From NCBI GenBank assembly GCA_008632985.1, contig QPGO01000130.1:124001-188000 (forward strand): a DNA stretch of 64,000 nt, in the 5' to 3' direction. The stretch comes from Psammoneis japonica (Eukaryota). Each line of letters begins with the position of its first letter. The stretch's first letter is position 1. This document shows, one piece after another, positions 61,564 through 64,000 of the stretch. A program made the position numbers and the translations under genes. The notes under the pieces are model-generated. The model saw only the letters and a program-made list of their open reading frames with translations. It did no database searches and was not told the origin of the DNA.

Positions 61564-64000
61564 TCAGCTTTCATTGGTGGATGCAATGTTGCCAGCAAGC
61601 CAAGAAAACAAGAGACCAAACACAATGAGAGAAATCTCTTGTGGGGGTGGCCAAGCTCTTGCCAGAGTTGCAATCTTGCATGCACACACAAGCAACAGCA
61701 GACAGCAGTGCAGATGTGGAAGATGGACAGACAGTGGACAAAACAAGACAAGGCGGGCCAACCCAAGCACCCCCCCTTGCTCTTGGCAAGCAGTTGGCAA
61801 CATGGGGTCATTTGCAACAAGCCAGAAATGGTGCCCCACACTGAACCCAGCCCTCTGTTCATGCAGTGGCAGGGAACAACTCCTTTTCTTGGGTGTGTGT
61901 GAGGCACTCCAGAGAGCCATGGACAGGACCCACTTGCTCACCTTGCCAGCCACTGTCTGAGCAGCAGCAGCAGCAGCACATGAGACATTGCTTGGATCTG
62001 TCTGCACATGCTGTGTGCACACAAAAGTCATGTTTGTGCATCCACAAACTTGCAGCCATTGAGGTGCAGCAACATGACTTGCATGTCTGTTTGCACATGT
62101 GCCATGTGTGCTCACAGATTGCACTCATGTGTCTACAGACTTGAAGCAATCAAGGTGCAGCAACATGACTGTGTGATGTGTCATTGAGATGCAGCCCAGC
62201 CATGGTGGTGATAAAGAATCTCTAATTCCTGGGGTGCATGGGGATGGCCAATTTTGATCCTCAGATTGTTGCTCACACATGCCACATTGTGCACTTTGTC
62301 AGGGGAGTGAAGTGTTCCCAAGACATCAAAAAGAGAAGAAATGGGCAAAAACCTCTGTTTTGCATGAGCAATGTGGTGGTGACTCCATGTCCATGCTGTG
62401 ACTGGGCCACCAAGAGGTGTGCTGAAACATCTGACACCATGGTCTCCCTTCATTGCAAGCTTGAACAAGCCAGAAAGGTTCTTGAAAGCACACACACCCA
62501 AGTGAGTGACAATCACAAGCACCATGGGGTCTGCCTTGGTGGCAGCAGAATTCTTGCAGCATGCAGACTGCAAAGAATGGGCTTGAAGGTTTTCTGGCCC
62601 TGACAACCATCTTCTCCTCTACACTGGTGGTGGGGGTGACAGCAGCAAAATTGTGATGGAGCCATGATTGCACATTGGCTCACAGCAAATGGAAAACAAC
62701 ATTGGCCACAAGCTTGTCCTTTAACTTGCAAAGTGAGTGGGTGAGAGGAGAAAAGCAAAAAAGGCATTGTGAGAAGAAGATGTTGAGTGCATGAGTGTTT
62801 GTCTTTTTCTTCTTGTGTCACAATCTTGGTCCTCTGTTGACACAAGTGGAAGCCAGCTTCACCCCTCAGCTTGCACAGCTGAGTGCAAAATGTGGAGAAA
62901 GTGGGCAACTCAAAAACTCTGCCTGCATCACCAGCTGGGGGATCAATTGCAAAAGATTTGAGCAGGGTTTGAGTCAGTGCAGCCAAGCACTGGCTTGCTC
63001 CTGGTGGTGTTCATTTTTGTCATTGTGCAGATGTTTTCTTGTGCCATTCTCCTTTTGTTGCAGTGCAGCACAGAATGAGTGCAAAAGTCACAAAACACCC
63101 TGCCAAGCTGCTGGACATTTTAGCATCTGCCAGGTGCAAGCAGTGCCACACAAGCAGAGTGGCAGGCAGTCAGCACATCTCATGCAAGTTGAGGGAAAAG
63201 TGTTTTAGAAAATGACTTTTGTTTGACTGGGCCAAAGTGGCTTGCAGAGTTGTTGCCAACACAAGCAGTCTCATGCCCCACAGTGCAAAGCTGTGCAGAT
63301 GTGCATCATGCTCAATTTCAACATTTGGGGCTTTGCCACTGGCCCACCCACCCACCCAAAATCAACTGCCCTCCAACTGCATGGCAAAGCTTTGGGCATG
63401 CTTTTCCAATGTGTGAAAACTCAAAATTCATCAATGGCAAAAATGGTGCTCATCTCTGCAATGCTTGCCTCAAAGCCATCCTGCCAACAACCCCCATCCC
63501 ATGACTGACATGCACATCCCATGGTGTTGTGACAAAAAAAACTTCTTCAGTCTGCATTGTGCACTGTCAGGTGACAAATGCAGCTGGTTGTTGCAGGTTG
63601 CATTGTGGAAATTGTGAGACTGGTTTGTCTCCATGAGAAATGGAGTTGAGTGAGCAGGGGTTGTGCAAATTCTTCTGTTGGCTCACATTTTGAATCACTT
63701 CTCTGATCCTGTTTGCACATGAAATCATGACACACACATGCACATGCTGCTTCATGTGTCAACAGCATGGGGGAGAGTTGCACATGCTGTGCTGTTCATC
63801 CTGAACATCAAGAAGAGTTGCATGCTGGATGATGGTGCAAGGACTTGCAAGTCTGTCAGGATGTGCAAGCTGCATGGTTGTTTGCTGTTGTGGTTGTGCA
63901 TTTGGTTCACTTGGCAATGCATTCTTGCAGCTGGGACTGGGAATGATCAACCCCTCAAATCTCATGCTCATTGCTGGTTGTCATGCTGGAGAGCCACTTT

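Larger units (their letters stand above)
59175..61952. repeat. Tandem duplication, unit about 1390 bp
   Basis: CAGTTGCTGAAATGCA at 59175 and 60565; the units are colinear throughout with scattered substitutions. Confidence 0.95.

Noticed and set aside
19330..64000. Cys/His-rich ORFs as metallothioneins, zinc fingers or selenoproteins
   Set aside because: They overlap in all six frames and follow directly from TG/CA enrichment and loss of TAA/TAG.
120..64000. Classical fungal RIP, or CpG deamination alone, as the explanation for the composition
   Set aside because: RIP enriches TpA and lowers GC, and CpG decay does not remove TpA. Tyr->Cys/His changes and the intact-versus-copy alignment show that TA is lost.
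61960..64000. Possible transposase remnant at the right end of the window
   Set aside because: Too degenerate; no motif I could support.

Overview
Eukaryotic genomic DNA with short GT-AG introns. Gene and transposon families (CoDi-like Copia, diatom-type YR retroelement RT, helicase-associated-domain and ankyrin proteins) point to a diatom, probably a pennate; that assignment is an inference. The window alternates sharply between two kinds of sequence. Ordinary gene islands (about 6.2-19.3, 31.3-34.9, 43.6-48.3 and 56.1-57.9 kb) hold a cold-shock protein, an HA-domain protein, GGPP synthase, a USP48/UBP26-like deubiquitinase, an ankyrin protein, a sulfotransferase, a small IscA/HesB-like protein, a sulfatase and a MYND-ankyrin protein. 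Repeat-rich blocks (about 0.1-6.2, 19.3-31.2, 34.95-43.5, 48.3-56.0 and 57.9-64 kb) are strongly depleted of TpA and saturated in TpG/CpA; CpG is also largely lost, except in the young Gypsy element. The main result is a directional hypermutation, TpA->TpG/CpA (A:T->G:C, the opposite of fungal RIP), acting alongside CpG->TpG/CpA decay. Three internal comparisons support it: the two LTRs of a full-length Gypsy element, conserved Tyr codons changed to Cys/His in three retroelement classes, and an intact host gene set against its two decayed copies. This looks like a RIP-like, adenine- or thymine-directed genome-defence process; I cannot identify the enzyme or confirm novelty without a search. 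Most ORFs in the decayed blocks are artefacts of TAA/TAG loss. Several single-base frameshifts in real genes look like assembly errors.
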